Shown piece by piece: positions 39,941 to 52,274 of a DNA stretch of 64,000 bases. The position numbers and the translations under genes are program-made. The notes beneath the pieces were generated by a model. It was not told where the DNA came from. It worked only from the letters and a program-made list of their open reading frames with translations, and ran no database searches. The first letter of the stretch is position 1; the number at the start of each line of letters is the position of its first letter. This DNA is from Phoronis australis (lineage: Eukaryota > Animalia > Phoronida): the NCBI GenBank assembly GCA_002633005.1, contig NMRA01000202.1, positions 291,516 through 355,515 on the forward strand, written 5' to 3'.

Positions 39941-40437
39941 GTCAATAATAAATTACATTAAGCTTGCATTGGGAATGTGGTATACTAGAAGGTATTAAAT
40001 TTGTTATCTGTTTTTAAATTAGACTGTGTCAAGTTCAGTCGATTACCTAATAATGTTTTCATGATTGATGGTTTTCATTTTGTTGGAGTTGGTTACTGAT
40101 CAAGTCAGACTAATTGCTTCTGCACGCAATTAGTTGATTGAAACCAAAACTATAATAGGTGACATCAGTGTGTTGAAATTCATAGCGGCCCCTTTGCGAT
40201 GATGAAGCATTGCATAAGCACCTCTGAAGTGACCCACATGTTTCACGTTCTACAGACAAACGGGGTACCGTAATAGTCTCTGACAAGAGTCCCATGTTTT
40301 GAAAAGCAGTGAGTTTACTTTTACTGAATCTGGCATCAAACTGGTTCTCAAAGTGGAGGTCCATTGTTAGTGACTATTGCTGGCAAGTGAAATGTGATTG
40401 GACATTGAATCATAATTCTCATTTGTTTGTTTTGCAG

Positions 40438-40608
40438 GTACACTATACTCCATAACCAACTTTGCATCAAGTGTCTCACGCAACATGGATCGTCTATCAT
40501 TGGACTCTGATCACCTGGAAAGGCAAGAAGAATCTCGGAGACAGAAGCCAGAGCGTTTGTCACAAGGCCTTCGCCAGGGGTTGACTGGCTTTGGCATCAG
40601 TCTACTTG
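40438..40608 (+). CDS. VPS13B: VPS13B exon w39 (ATG2_C-like region)
   Basis: GTLYSITNFASSVSRNMDRLSLD...GLRQGLTGFGISLLG. Confidence 0.97.
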
Positions 40609-42025
40609 GTAAAGCTCTTTGTTTGAAAAGGAAACAAAACATTTTGACACATTTTTACTATAAGAACTTCAGATTCCAGTGTTAACTATAATGTTCACTT
40701 GGTGCACTTCAGTTTTTTAGCCTCATTTCTGTGCTCTGTTTGAAATTAAGCATAGTCTAATTTACTCATTAAGGTGCTGAAAACTAACACGCCACTTCAG
40801 AAATATTGCATGCATTATCAATTAAAGCCTGTACTGTATATCCAAAATATGTCTCGGGTTATAGGCATTTCATGAAATTATTATTTTTAATTTCTTTCCA
40901 ACATTATAAAAATTGTGTTATACCATTGAGTCCTATGATCACAGATTAGTCACATTTGGACTTTTGTGCAAAACATATATCTCTTGTACGTCATTGATGA
41001 CTGGGCAACTTATCGTGGCACTGAAACATTACAGAACATGAGACCTGCTGAAGTGTGTCTTGTAAACTGAGACTCCCAAAATTTAGTGGAAATACAGTGC
41101 AGTACTTATAAGGGCCTTCGCAATCGTCTGCTAGACTGACATATAACTTGTATGGTAGAAATCACCAGTTCATGCAATTGAAATAGCCTTCCTAATTTCC
41201 TGAGAGAAATGGAAAGACTAGAAGACTTTACTCACGAAGAACCCCATGCTGAGGGATCCCTTGAGTCCTAATCTTGCGATTAGTGCAATGTGGCCAACTG
41301 TGTACGCCTAGTGCACCACGGAGGGCACCAGGCCACCTGCCTGAAAGTTCTTTTTTATCCGCTATGAGCCGTTCTTATCACCTAGTGTTCTGTTCATTGC
41401 GCCATCTATTGCAGGGTACAGGTATCTCCAATGCTGCTAGGTGGCAGTAAGAATAACTAGTCCTACATGTTCAGTCACAAAATGCTTCACAAAAGTACAG
41501 CATCATTAGGGGTAATATGTCCATTGTCCTTCCTGCTGAATGATAGTTTTTTATTTTGAACTGCACATGGCTATTGATTTTTGTGCTAATTGAGCTAATT
41601 GCAGCACGAGTGCCAACACATGTCTCAGTTATGGGTCATTCACCTGTCATTGTCATAAGTCTAGTACATAACATACACTCCTCATTAGAGTGTAAAGTAA
41701 ATGCAAATGCTTCATTTGAGGCGAAAATAATGGAGTTGGAAACATTGCATGACTTTGTCTGTCTCATATTTTTGCTTATCTATCCAACTCTGTTACTGCA
41801 TCAACCATTAAGAAAGCTTATTTTAACTAATGAGTTTGAAATTAAAGTAATATGAATTGTTGAATTTTGTCTTAAGTTTCTGCACTGTTGTCAAAATGCA
41901 GCAAACCTTGACCTCTCACTCCCTTGTACATGCGTTTTGTGTCATTGCCTTGGGAAATTGTCTTTGGATCCTTAATCATGTTGCATGTCGGAGATGCTAT
42001 ATCTGACCATAAGTTTGTCTTACAG

Positions 42026-42196
42026 GAGCTGTGGCCGGACTTGCTGACCAGCCCATCCAGAATTTGACCTCCAGTGACCTTTCCTCTCCTGTACAGAGGG
42101 CAGCTGGTGTCATGACTGGTGTTGGAAAGGGACTGATGGGTGCTGTCACAAAGCCAATAGGTGGGGCTGCCGAGCTGGTCTCTCAGACCGGACAAG
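42026..42196 (+). CDS. VPS13B: VPS13B exon w40 (ATG2_C-like region)
   Basis: GVGKGLMGAVTKPIGGAAELVSQTG. Confidence 0.97.
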
Positions 42197-44149
42197 GTGA
42201 GAAGCTTCAATATCCTGAAAGTGACCCTCCAGTTTTTAGGAAAATATTTAGAATTAGTATACCATACAGTTCTTCTATTCAGAATTTTGCATGATCTGAA
42301 ATTAAGGATTTTTTTTCATTGTGCTTGTTTCATCTCAGCATTCTTTAAGACGTGTAGTACACTATCGCATTACACCCAGATACCACTAGCACATCTAGGA
42401 CGTTGTAAAGGGGGGCTGTACTGTAATTCTCAAAGTCTCCACTTACCCCATAACATGCTGGCAGTGTGTTCATAGAGGAGACCAAACATGTTAACCCCTC
42501 CCATTTACAGCTACTACGGAATACATCTCATTAACAGTTCAATGATGACCTTGTTTGTACCAGAATCTTGTTATACCCTTGCAACCCTCCTCAAGATTAA
42601 TTTCAATTGTAAATCCAGAGGTAACGCTACAAAAAGTTGTGACCATTTCTTGTCTGAGTAAATTGTCATCACTGTGTGTAAGCATAATGTGATTGACAAA
42701 TTTTGTGTTGAAGTTGCTTTTCTCCCTGTTTAGGTGTACTACTCTTGTAAAATCAATCTTGTGAATATATTCCTCACTCTGATAGAATTCTACTTCCATA
42801 ACCAACTCAAGACACAGTTACTTAATGCATACAATCGTATTCCATTTTCGAAATCGCAACTCGAGGGTTGGCCTACCCCTATGAATCCTGAAGTGTTAGT
42901 CTCTTATAGTTTTGATATAAATCAGCTCCAATGAACTCTGAAGCATGTTATTTAGCTGCTGATGGCTTCAACGTTCTTGTGTCTCGGACAGTACATGCAT
43001 GGGCAGTACATACTCACACCATTCTCAAAATTGCAATTTTAGGGTTGCCCAGTCCCAATTATGAAGTGTAATATTTGGCAGCTGATAGTTTCAATGGTCT
43101 TGTTGGTATTGGAGAAATAGACCGATGCCATGTTAAGGAACAGTATGAGACCAATTTTATGAGAGCAAAAAGTTTAATTTGATTTTCATTTTTAGTCAGT
43201 GTAACATATAGTACACTACAATTTCATAAAGCTCTACGTTACGTATTTTTCTTGTAGTATATTGCTGGCCTGCCTCCTGACCATTTGTTCCTTTACACAA
43301 GTGTCCTGGAGTAACATTCATTTAATATTGTGAAATAGACCAAAGTTTATTACCTTCTGTGACGTATTCCTCATCACTGTATTATAATAATTTACTGCTG
43401 TCTATGTCTTTTATCATACTCCTCACTTTGATTCAAGATATGTAGGATTGTATCGATAAGTTTGACTTAAGTTTGTATTCAGCCAAATTTCTCCAAAAGT
43501 TTTGATTGTAAATCGGCAAAAATATAATGTTTTCGGAAAGTAAGTCTTTAAAATTTGATTCTTGACTTCATACAAATCTGTCATTTGTTGGGTCAAAATG
43601 ATTACCCGGTATCTCTTTTTTTGTAAAATTTGGCAAAAGGGATCTAGGTACATTCGTAAGAAAACAACAGTCATATAAACAGCATAACCAAATTTCATTT
43701 GAATTAGAATGTGAATCCTCAAAACCATGTTACAGTTTTCTAAAATCATTTTGTTTTAAATTCTTTTTTGCAACTTTTAATTTTTTCATGAAAATCAGAT
43801 AAGTCCTATTTTGTTAGCTTCTAATGCAAAAATGGATTATGCTTTTAGAACAAATTCTTAACAGTGCTTTTGAAAACAATGGATAAAGCATAGTATCGGG
43901 AAGAATCCAACTAGGCTTTTTTTAGATACAGTGTATAATGTTCAAAGGTTAGCCAAATTTGGACATTTTTGTAGGGTCCTACATATCCTTCAGTTTGATC
44001 TTTTCTTTAGTATTCTTTCTAAAATGTTTTGGGTCTTTTGATTCGATTTGATGGTAACTGAACATAATATTGTTTGAGTTCTGTTACACAATTTTTTTAT
44101 GATTCACATATCGTATGTATACAGTTTAGTAATGTGAGCCTTTTGTTAA

Positions 44150-44500
44150 CAAGTATATCTACTGAACCCATTGCAAGAACTTGATGAAATTTGGCTGAAT
44201 TGATGTGTTCCTTTGAGACTCAAGATGTTTAATGACAACAAGTAGTGGCAGTTTTCATATTTTATTTTTCGTTTTCCTCAATCTGTGAGTCACTTTTATG
44301 AAATTTTTCAAATGTGTTCCTGTCGAGGCGATGACACTCCTCATACGTTTTCGGCTCGAGACAACTAGTGCAGTGCCCTCTAGTGGCGATTTTAGAATTC
44401 TTCTTTTTAGTTATTAGCATGTGCCTCTCTGTCTGCCTAACTGTTTGAAATTTTAGAAACATGTTCCAATTGACAAGGCCATGTCTGACATTGATTTTCG
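44150..44500 (+). mobile_element. Degraded HINE-like fragment
   Basis: ttgatgaaatttggc and gccctctagtggc subunits. Confidence 0.45.
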
Positions 44501-45161
44501 GGCACAAAAATTTTTAAAGCATATTGAGTACCTTTAAGGCCGCTTTTTAACACTCTTTATTGTTCTTATAATATTGTTTTTGCAGTACGTGCAGTCTTTG
44601 GCTCAGTTTCTGTTTTGCTGCTCACTGCTCAACTATTCTGTTTGCCGTCATATGATCATGGGCTGGATGTTAACACAATTATTTTAATTATCTTTTGCTT
44701 AGTCTGCGATGACATTTTTCTATATTATATGCTAATTAGACGCTCAGCAGAGGATGAGCTTTTTGTTTCCTGGTATTAAAGGAACATTTAGTGCAGAACC
44801 TGCAACTATGTTATTTACTAATAGCCTAGCAACTGTTGCCTGCTGATTTGATAATTATCCAAAATATTTTGCACAACTAGTAGTCTAAGAATAATTGAGG
44901 AGCGTAATACGGCAACATTTTACAAAAAGTTTTTGGTTGTAATAGTCACATTTTCATGAAGTCAATGTTAATGTTCCGCGAGATTTGTGTGATGGAAGCA
45001 ACTATCAGAACTTGGGTAGGATTTGCAGCAAATTTTTGAAGTTTTGGTGAACTCATGTTGGGTTTTCTGATCCAAGGGAACCTGCAGGATTTCAGCTTCG
45101 ATGGGAGCAGATTGCATTCGACTTTCATCTTCCGTTCTTACAAGATTATCTAAAAAATCTG

Positions 45162-45324
45162 GCGTGCATTCAGTAGACGCTAGGACCTACGCTAGGACCT
45201 ACGCTAGGACCTAGCTAAAACCTAGTCATAGTCACGTGCTCTCATTTAAAATACACGGCAATATCTCACGTAATCTCGCGAAGTCTTGCTTTTTAGCGAG
45301 GTCCTAGCGTTACTGAATGGGAGG
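45162..45324. mobile_element. MITE with ctg TSD (PIF/Harbinger-like)
   Basis: TIR cattcagta-acgctaggacct / aggtcctagcgttactgaatg; 12-bp unit acgctaggacct x3; ctg on both flanks. Confidence 0.75.
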
Positions 45325-46007
45325 CTGGCTTTTATGCAGATAAAACTTCAAAATTTTGGCATGAGACTGTATTTTATTGACAGGTTGTGTCTACAAACAA
45401 GTCATGCATGCTCATAATAATGTTCCAAAAAGCAGTGAATTTCACTGGAGAACAACAGAGTTGTTAAAGTTAATTTATTTGAAATTCTTACTTATAGGTT
45501 GCTGCATACTCAGACAAATGTTTTAAACTAGCGTCTTTGGGGGAATGAGTGACCTCATCAGTTTATGAACAAAAATGTGGATTTCTTAAACTGGTTTAAA
45601 TGCTGTCCTGATGACATTTTGTTAACTGCAGTAGTCTGTATCATACATTTGCATATTAAAGCAGTTTATTTCTTTTCGTCTTTTAAATATTGCATGTATT
45701 TTAAAATCCTAAAAAAAATTGGAAGAAAGTTCCTATTTTTCATTTTCAAGTTGTGGTGATAACTTACAAATCCTCAAAGTCTTGAATGGTGTTAGCATTT
45801 GAAAATTCTCAAGCATTTTAATTTTAGTCTTACTTAGTTTTAAATTCATGAAGAAAATAAAATTTCACTTTGTCACGAGTGTCTTCCAAACTGTGTCTCA
45901 AGTTGGTGAGATTTTATGTTAGTTTCAACAACCTAATATATTGCAGTTTAAACTTCAATAAACTAATGACTTGTAACTGTGGTAATCATGGTTATGTGCC
46001 CCTGCAG

Positions 46008-46110
46008 GCCTCTTGCACGGGACGGGACTGGGCCATCTGCCAAGTAGACTGCACCCTGAGCTGGCAATCAATATACAGGACCTGCGTAACAGCCACCTCA
46101 AGCTAGTCTG
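46008..46110 (+). CDS. VPS13B: VPS13B exon w41
   Basis: GLLHGTGLGHLP...NSHLKLVW |gtgagt, phase 1-2. Confidence 0.93.
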
Positions 46111-46345
46111 GTGAGTTTGCCTGTGGTTAGGTTGTGATACTGTCTGACCTCAATACCTAAGACTTTCAGAGGGTCTTCAAGAGGGTAGTCGATAAACTGG
46201 ATGAGGTCATACACGATTACGCTAGTGTGCAGCAAATATGTACGCAACCTCAAATGCTACAGTAAAATCTTCCCATTAAAGGACACAACATGGCCGGCAA
46301 GTGAAACTTCATATGTTCCATTCAACACACGCTGCCTCAAATTAA

Positions 46346-49300
46346 GAGTGACTCCATATAAAAACCAACAGGTAGAGTCTATACCCAAAATCACAGATTT
46401 TTTTGAAACTTAGCACATGAGTTTGGTTTGTTGAGATGTATAAAAACCTCACTTTTTAAGAAATTTCATTCATTATTTTTCTTTTTATGACCCGTACCTC
46501 CATTTTGCAACAAAATTGGGTGTCGAAGTAGGCATGTTTGAATGCATTTTACTAGCATGTGTGGTAAGGTCAAAACAAATGAACAATACGAATTAAAAGG
46601 TCAATGGCTGAATAATTTAATGGCATAACTTTCAAAGTCGTTTTTAAATTTGTACGTTTTGAATTTGTGAGTCAAAAAAGGCTATTTTTCAAGTTTTCAC
46701 TGAAGCCATTTTTGGCCAAATTTGGCACTCTGTAGCAGCCATAACGCACCTTTCCTGAAATTGACTTTATAATAATTTGTTCATTCACTCCTAACCTGTT
46801 CATAATCTAAAATAAAAAATCTTGCCTCTAATGTAGTTTTTGCGTACGAAGCATTACACGAACTGCACTTCGTCCTTTTGCATGTTCTCAGTTGCCTCTG
46901 CTACCAATAGGGGGCTCTTGGAACATACTACTTAGCTTGCGAAACACGACATAAAAACCTTGTATTTTGGAGAAAAGGCAGACAGCATTATTAATTACCA
47001 TTCTCTGAAAACGGCATTGATGATTATTGCTTATTACAAAAAATATGTATGTAAATCAACTGGCATGCGTGCTTCTAAATGATAGATGGCGCTGCTTTTA
47101 TTTATGTGGAGACTGACGACGCATCTAGAATAAGAACAGTAACACGAGGAGCTTGCTATAATTCAAGACTTCGCAAGATATTGCCCTGCATTTTAATTGA
47201 GAACACGTGGTTTTGGATAAATTTTAGAGAGGTTCTAGTGTTGCTGAACTCACCCCTGCCTTACTCTTGTTTTCTATCTGCCTTGTTCGTGCTACAGGTA
47301 AAGGAAGGCACCTAAGGTGGATATGGCCCCCTAGTGTTCAGTGCAAAAATCCTTCAACCTGTCAATAGTCATTGTAACTTTGGGTTCATATTGTAATGTC
47401 CCTGCTGGTTGCTACAAATTTTAGTCGCCACCAGTCCCCAGAAATCTGGTGTTTCCCCCCCCCCACACACACACCGGGCGGCCCTAACGCTGAATATTTC
47501 TGCCAGTGTGATCATCAGTGGTATAAAAAGGTACACATTCATAGTCAATAGAAAATAATTCACGAGAGACAATTTTATTAATGACTCATTCATGACAGAC
47601 ATGAAGTAAACAGAAGTAACGGTCTCGACTTCATATATCACATGTTATGCTACGAAAACTAGGCTAAAAGTTGAGCACATTTACCACTTCATTCAGTAAA
47701 TCTGACGACATGACAGCATCTTCAGCAGAAATAGCATCGTCATAAATATTGCTGCAGATCGACAACCTCGAAAAATCCACCAATCTGCGATTCACTTAAC
47801 ATCACAGGTAAACACTTCCCCAGTGGGATCTCGTAATGTTAGTTCTCCATTTTGGCACTTCCGAGGGTGAACGTTTTTACCTGACTTATCTTCTTCATCG
47901 AATATGTTCGTCAGAAAGTTCTTAACCTTTACTGAAAATCTTGTTGACCTTTTACCATTTTTCAATGTCTAACCTATTGCTTTAGCATTCGTCTCATCCA
48001 AATAGTACTCTGAGGCTGCCTCAAATGACGCTCCGGTTCTTGCATCTGAAAGCATTTCTGACCACTGTCGTGCGATGTGGTTATACGTGGTTTCCCTCTG
48101 CAAATGTTCAGTGTGGTTACCCACATCCAAGTGCTGACCTAATTCTGCCTGTCTGTAGCAAAAAAATCGAGTAACCTTGCTGGGTACAAGGGAACTTTTG
48201 TTGAGGCTCTTCACTAGATACAATGCCAACCTTAACTCTTGGTGTTGAAAATCCGCCATATCTAGAGATGTTGGTGTATTTTAGAGAAATAGGTTTCCTA
48301 TTTTCTCAGTATTTATAAGAACTTACCAGTACATGGAATGATTTCTACACGCGAATTCCTTGGGTGGAATAGTGGGAATTTGGGAATGTTGTTATACCAG
48401 GAACTGAGTATTTTGGAAAAGACTTAGTTGCATTGACTGAACATGCATACACATAACATCCCTTCACAAGGCCACTGGAAAGTAATGCTACTTTTAAATC
48501 CAGAAAGTTTATGATATTGTTACCTTCAGCTACAAAGTACTTCGCATGTTGTTTGATTGGAGCGATCTTGCGATCACAGAGATCCTTTCCATTCTGACTT
48601 TCACTAAAGTCATATCTCGAAACAGAAATGCCGGTAGAATTTGACAAGGCTGCTACGTTCAGGACAGGAGCAGAGTGGTAACATCAAGCATTACCTGACT
48701 CTTCCATGACTTGCCCTGTTCAGTCAGAAATACACCGACTAGGGGTAGTACGAGTCAGTACTCTGGCACTGGCCTTGCTTTGTGAGCTCATACTTTCCTG
48801 TATCTCAAATGTTCAGTGGTGTCTTTGACATAACTCACTAAAGCACAAAGCTGTTGTGATTGGATTTTTTGCAGAATAAACTCTAAAGGAACATGAAGGC
48901 CCATCGACATCGTCTGCCATTTTGTCTTTTTAAAATGCACTAGTCTTGCTTCTCTCAAAACCAGTCATTACAAATATCAATTCTTACTCGTTTAATCTTA
49001 AAGGCATTTATTTCCATTTAAAAGTTCTACAGAGTGTTTAAATTAACCTGATAATGTAAAAGAAATGAAAGAATACAAGAGGGTTACACGTACATTTTTT
49101 ATATATCCTCAAGCTTAACCTCAACTGACTCCCTCAGTGGGCATAGGTCATCGGGTTCAGTTTTGATACTAGCCGCGTAATAAACCCGGAAAACATCTTG
49201 TTTTCATTTGAAAGAGTTTAGACTTGATTTCTATAACTATTTAAAGCAGACTTCTTGCCTAAAAGTTTGTTCAAATGGTCTATAAACTCTGCTCGTCATT

Positions 49301-49849
49301 TCCAAACTATGAAAATAGACTGTTTTGCAAGACAATTTTCACTAAAAGTGCAAAGTTGAGGCAAGATTTTTTATTGCTCAGTCATCAAGACTAACTCTTT
49401 AACTGTATGTTCAAAACGTCCCATAAGGCTACAAGGTGTTTTATGGCAGTAAGAAGGTCACAAAATTGGCCACTAAAATTAGCCCCCAAAAATGGTCTGT
49501 GGATTATCTCCCCTGTCTAGCACAAAACTGTCAGATTTTAATAAATGACACAGAATTATGCACAGTATACGTTGGTTATTTCAGCCACCAAAATATAGCT
49601 TTTGATCTATTTTGTATGTTACTCATTTTGTTGCAGAAAACATGCGATTTTTGAGACGGCTAATATGCCCAATTGTGCCAATTTGTGTTATCATGCTTCA
49701 GCGGCGAAATTAGGGGTCATTGAGTGCACAAAATTTGGCATTTGGGTTTTTGTTAGGATACCTACCCATGTACAAAAAATGAAGTTGTTTTAAATTTTGA
49801 CGTATAGACTGATTTTTGAAAATATACTGGTTTTTATATGAACTGCCTC
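46346..49849 (-). mobile_element. Degraded Sola3-like DNA transposon (about 3.5 kb)
   Basis: ttaa|GAG...CTC|ttta termini, shared catataaaaacc and agtctatac, perfect 18-bp IR at 46811-46828 / 49358-49375, internal transposase remnant. Confidence 0.75.
47700..48920 (-). pseudogene. Disrupted, internally deleted Sola3-type DDE transposase
   Basis: Fragments MADDVDGPSCSF; NA*CYHS; RYDFSESQNGKDLCDRK; HLDVGNH; G*TLK..RSTRFS..VKNFL; SQIGGFF, with stops and frameshifts. Confidence 0.75.
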
Positions 49850-50308
49850 TTTAATTGCTTTCTATGTTCAATTTTTGTACTGCTAAGTTCCCGTCGGACA
49901 AAGTTTGTTATTATAACAGTTTTTGACACCTAAATTGTTTTAGGTTTAGTGTTGTTACTCATGCCAGCGGATATATTAATAATAGAACCCTAAAGATTTG
50001 CTGTTTGTGATGAGCTGTTATTTTATAGGGTTTCCAACACTGGTGAATGCCTTCAAATTTTCAAAGTATTGTTTAATGGTAGCTATGAACCATTATTTGA
50101 AAGCAATAGTAAGTGTGTTACGTTTCAAAATCAGAATTATTTGTCTGCGACAGATAAGTCCTAAAAGTGAGATTCTGTCATGCCAGGTAAACTGTGTGAT
50201 GTTAGCCCTGCAGTTGGGTGTTACCTAAAGTTTATTAAAGGTGAGTTCTAATTGTTATTATTTTCAAGTTCCGAGCAATTTTCCAGTGATTCCATCTACA
50301 TTTTGCAG

Positions 50309-50543
50309 GAAGATGTTGCCCTCTTTGCCAAATATCCGTTATCTAATTGCCATCCCAGCCCACCAGGTGACGCCACACTCGGGCCAGTCTGTTGAGGTCA
50401 TCCTGTTGTTGACCTCTCAGCTGTTATTCGTTGTCAGTGTTTCTGAGGACACACAACAGCAGGCACTATCTGTCTCGGAACTCGAGTGCTATTCTCCACG
50501 CCGTACGCTTCTAGAAATTGTGAAAACACTGCACAGGAACCAG
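50309..50543 (+). CDS. VPS13B: VPS13B exon w42 (PH-like region)
   Basis: WKML...LLLTSQLLFVVSVSEDTQQQAL; phase 2-0. Confidence 0.93.
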
Positions 50544-52052
50544 GTACAATACATGAACTAGATTTTCATTTAAAGCGGAATGATAGCCCTTTCTGAATTA
50601 TTTTTTTGTCTAATGGCATACTTTGCTCACTCTGAAAGTTGTATTTAGGACCCTTTTAGTCCATTTTTGTTAAAATGCAAAATGATTATATTACTCAATC
50701 CAGAAGTGAGGAAATAGCATAATGCAAACACTCTATCAGATCTGCTATTAAGTTGCTGTAGTTGTATTTTTAATTTATTTTCTTATTAATAACCTGTTGC
50801 TTAACTCAAATGGCAAATTCTTATGCTTCGAGGCTGTGACTGAAAATCGGCTGGTGTATCAGTCATTGATTACAGCTTTGTGGATGGAAAAGCTATAGAA
50901 CTCAGCTTACATGAATTTACTGACATTTTTAATTACTTTAGGTTGTGCAATTATTTATTTAATTTATATGCAAATGAGCTAAAAAGGCTCAAAAAGTCTT
51001 TTAGTGGTGAATTGATGAAAAGCTCCTTCAAAACGGACACTTTTTTCTCCTGCATAGGCTAAGAATGCTGGTTTGTGCTGGTCTGTTTTTGTTAATCGAT
51101 GTGGCATATCAGTATTTTAGGAGTTTTTATTTTTTAATAATCTACCTGCGATGAACACCATTGGTGCATTTTTTTTTCTGTTTTATCAGCTCAAATCCGG
51201 TTCAGTTATCCAGTAGCACGATATCCTGTGCTCATGTCGATGGGGGGTTGCAGTCACTTTTGGCAATCCACAGCATTTAACGCAGTCATTTGTTGTTTGC
51301 GTTTGTGGGGATTTTGAAAAATGTTAAAGACCTGGGTGAACTTTTTTCCTATAAGTTATGAGGTGAAAGATTGGGGCTCAGACCACAGGACCAGCTGCAC
51401 CCTATGTGGCCTTACCAGTTGGTGTTAAGAAATTGTTAAAAACACGTACACCTATGCTTTTTGGGAGGGGAAATAAACTCACACTCAACCTGAGATCAAA
51501 GTGAACATGATGCAAGAGTGAATGAAAATTTGGAGGCTAAAACTACAAACTGAGATAGACTACGTTTGAGTCTATGTAAGCAGTAGCAAATGCTAGTGGT
51601 TTCCACACTGATAATAGTACTGTTACTAAAAACTAGAAGCTAGGTACTACATGGTTTTGATTTTTTGTTTAGTTGTTGTAGATAATTAACATAATACAGT
51701 TAGCAAGGGGGAGGAATGCCCTCTGTTGCCATCCATGGGTTTCAACCCTATAGTGATGGGTTTGTTGAAATCAATTATTGTAAATAACATTTTTTTCATT
51801 TTCAGTTTCCTACTTGTTTACGTTCTTAGCTGGTGTGAAGTTATTAACTTCATGCGCTTTCCTGGAATCCCAGCTAAATACTAATGGGGAGTCAATCTCT
51901 TAGCGGACTGGCCTCGTTTTGGGATTGGCCATGCTATGTCACACTAATTTGGCTGGCATGCCTTTAATTACATTAAGTCAATTAGGTAACATGGTTTGAT
52001 GAGCTATATCTAGGTCTTAGTTTAACTAACGTGTTGATTTGTCTCTCTGCAG

Positions 52053-52274
52053 GATTCATTAGCCAAGGATCGCGTGACTCAGTTTGTTAATGAGTCCTCC
52101 TCGTTTCATTCTGCAGTGGATGACTCCGCTTCTCCTCCAGAGGCACCGTTTGATACTTCAGTGCCATCCTCTGGACTGTATGAATTCACCGTGGATAGTC
52201 GCAGTCGTGAACTGTTTCTGGCCTTTTTTAAGAGGGCTAAAAATAAGTTGACTGCAAAGGGCTTCAATGACTGA
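52053..52274 (+). CDS. VPS13B: VPS13B terminal coding exon w43
   Basis: ctctgcag| DSLAKDRVTQFV...FLAFFKRAKNKLTAKGFND, TGA at 52272-52274. Confidence 0.88.
   Translation, partial: DSLAKDRVTQFVNESSSFHSAVDDSASPPEAPFDTSVPSSGLYEFTVDSRSRELFLAFFKRAKNKLTAKGFND

Noticed and set aside
41140-41330. Second SINE on the minus strand (similar hint near 51380-51560)
   Set aside because: A-box-like head visible but B-box too degenerate to support a call.
8116-42210. Minus-strand ORFs overlapping exons (e.g. 8116-8403, 12966-13265, 15074-15316, 41872-42210)
   Set aside because: Antisense shadows of VPS13B exons with no recognisable homology.
50570-51300. Kolobok-like TTAA element ends (also near 3130, 44776, 57183)
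   Set aside because: ttaaag-type starts seen, but I could not pair them with a matching opposite terminus.
152-52274. U12-type or non-canonical introns
   Set aside because: All inferred introns are GT-AG, with no GTATCCT/ATATCCT donor.
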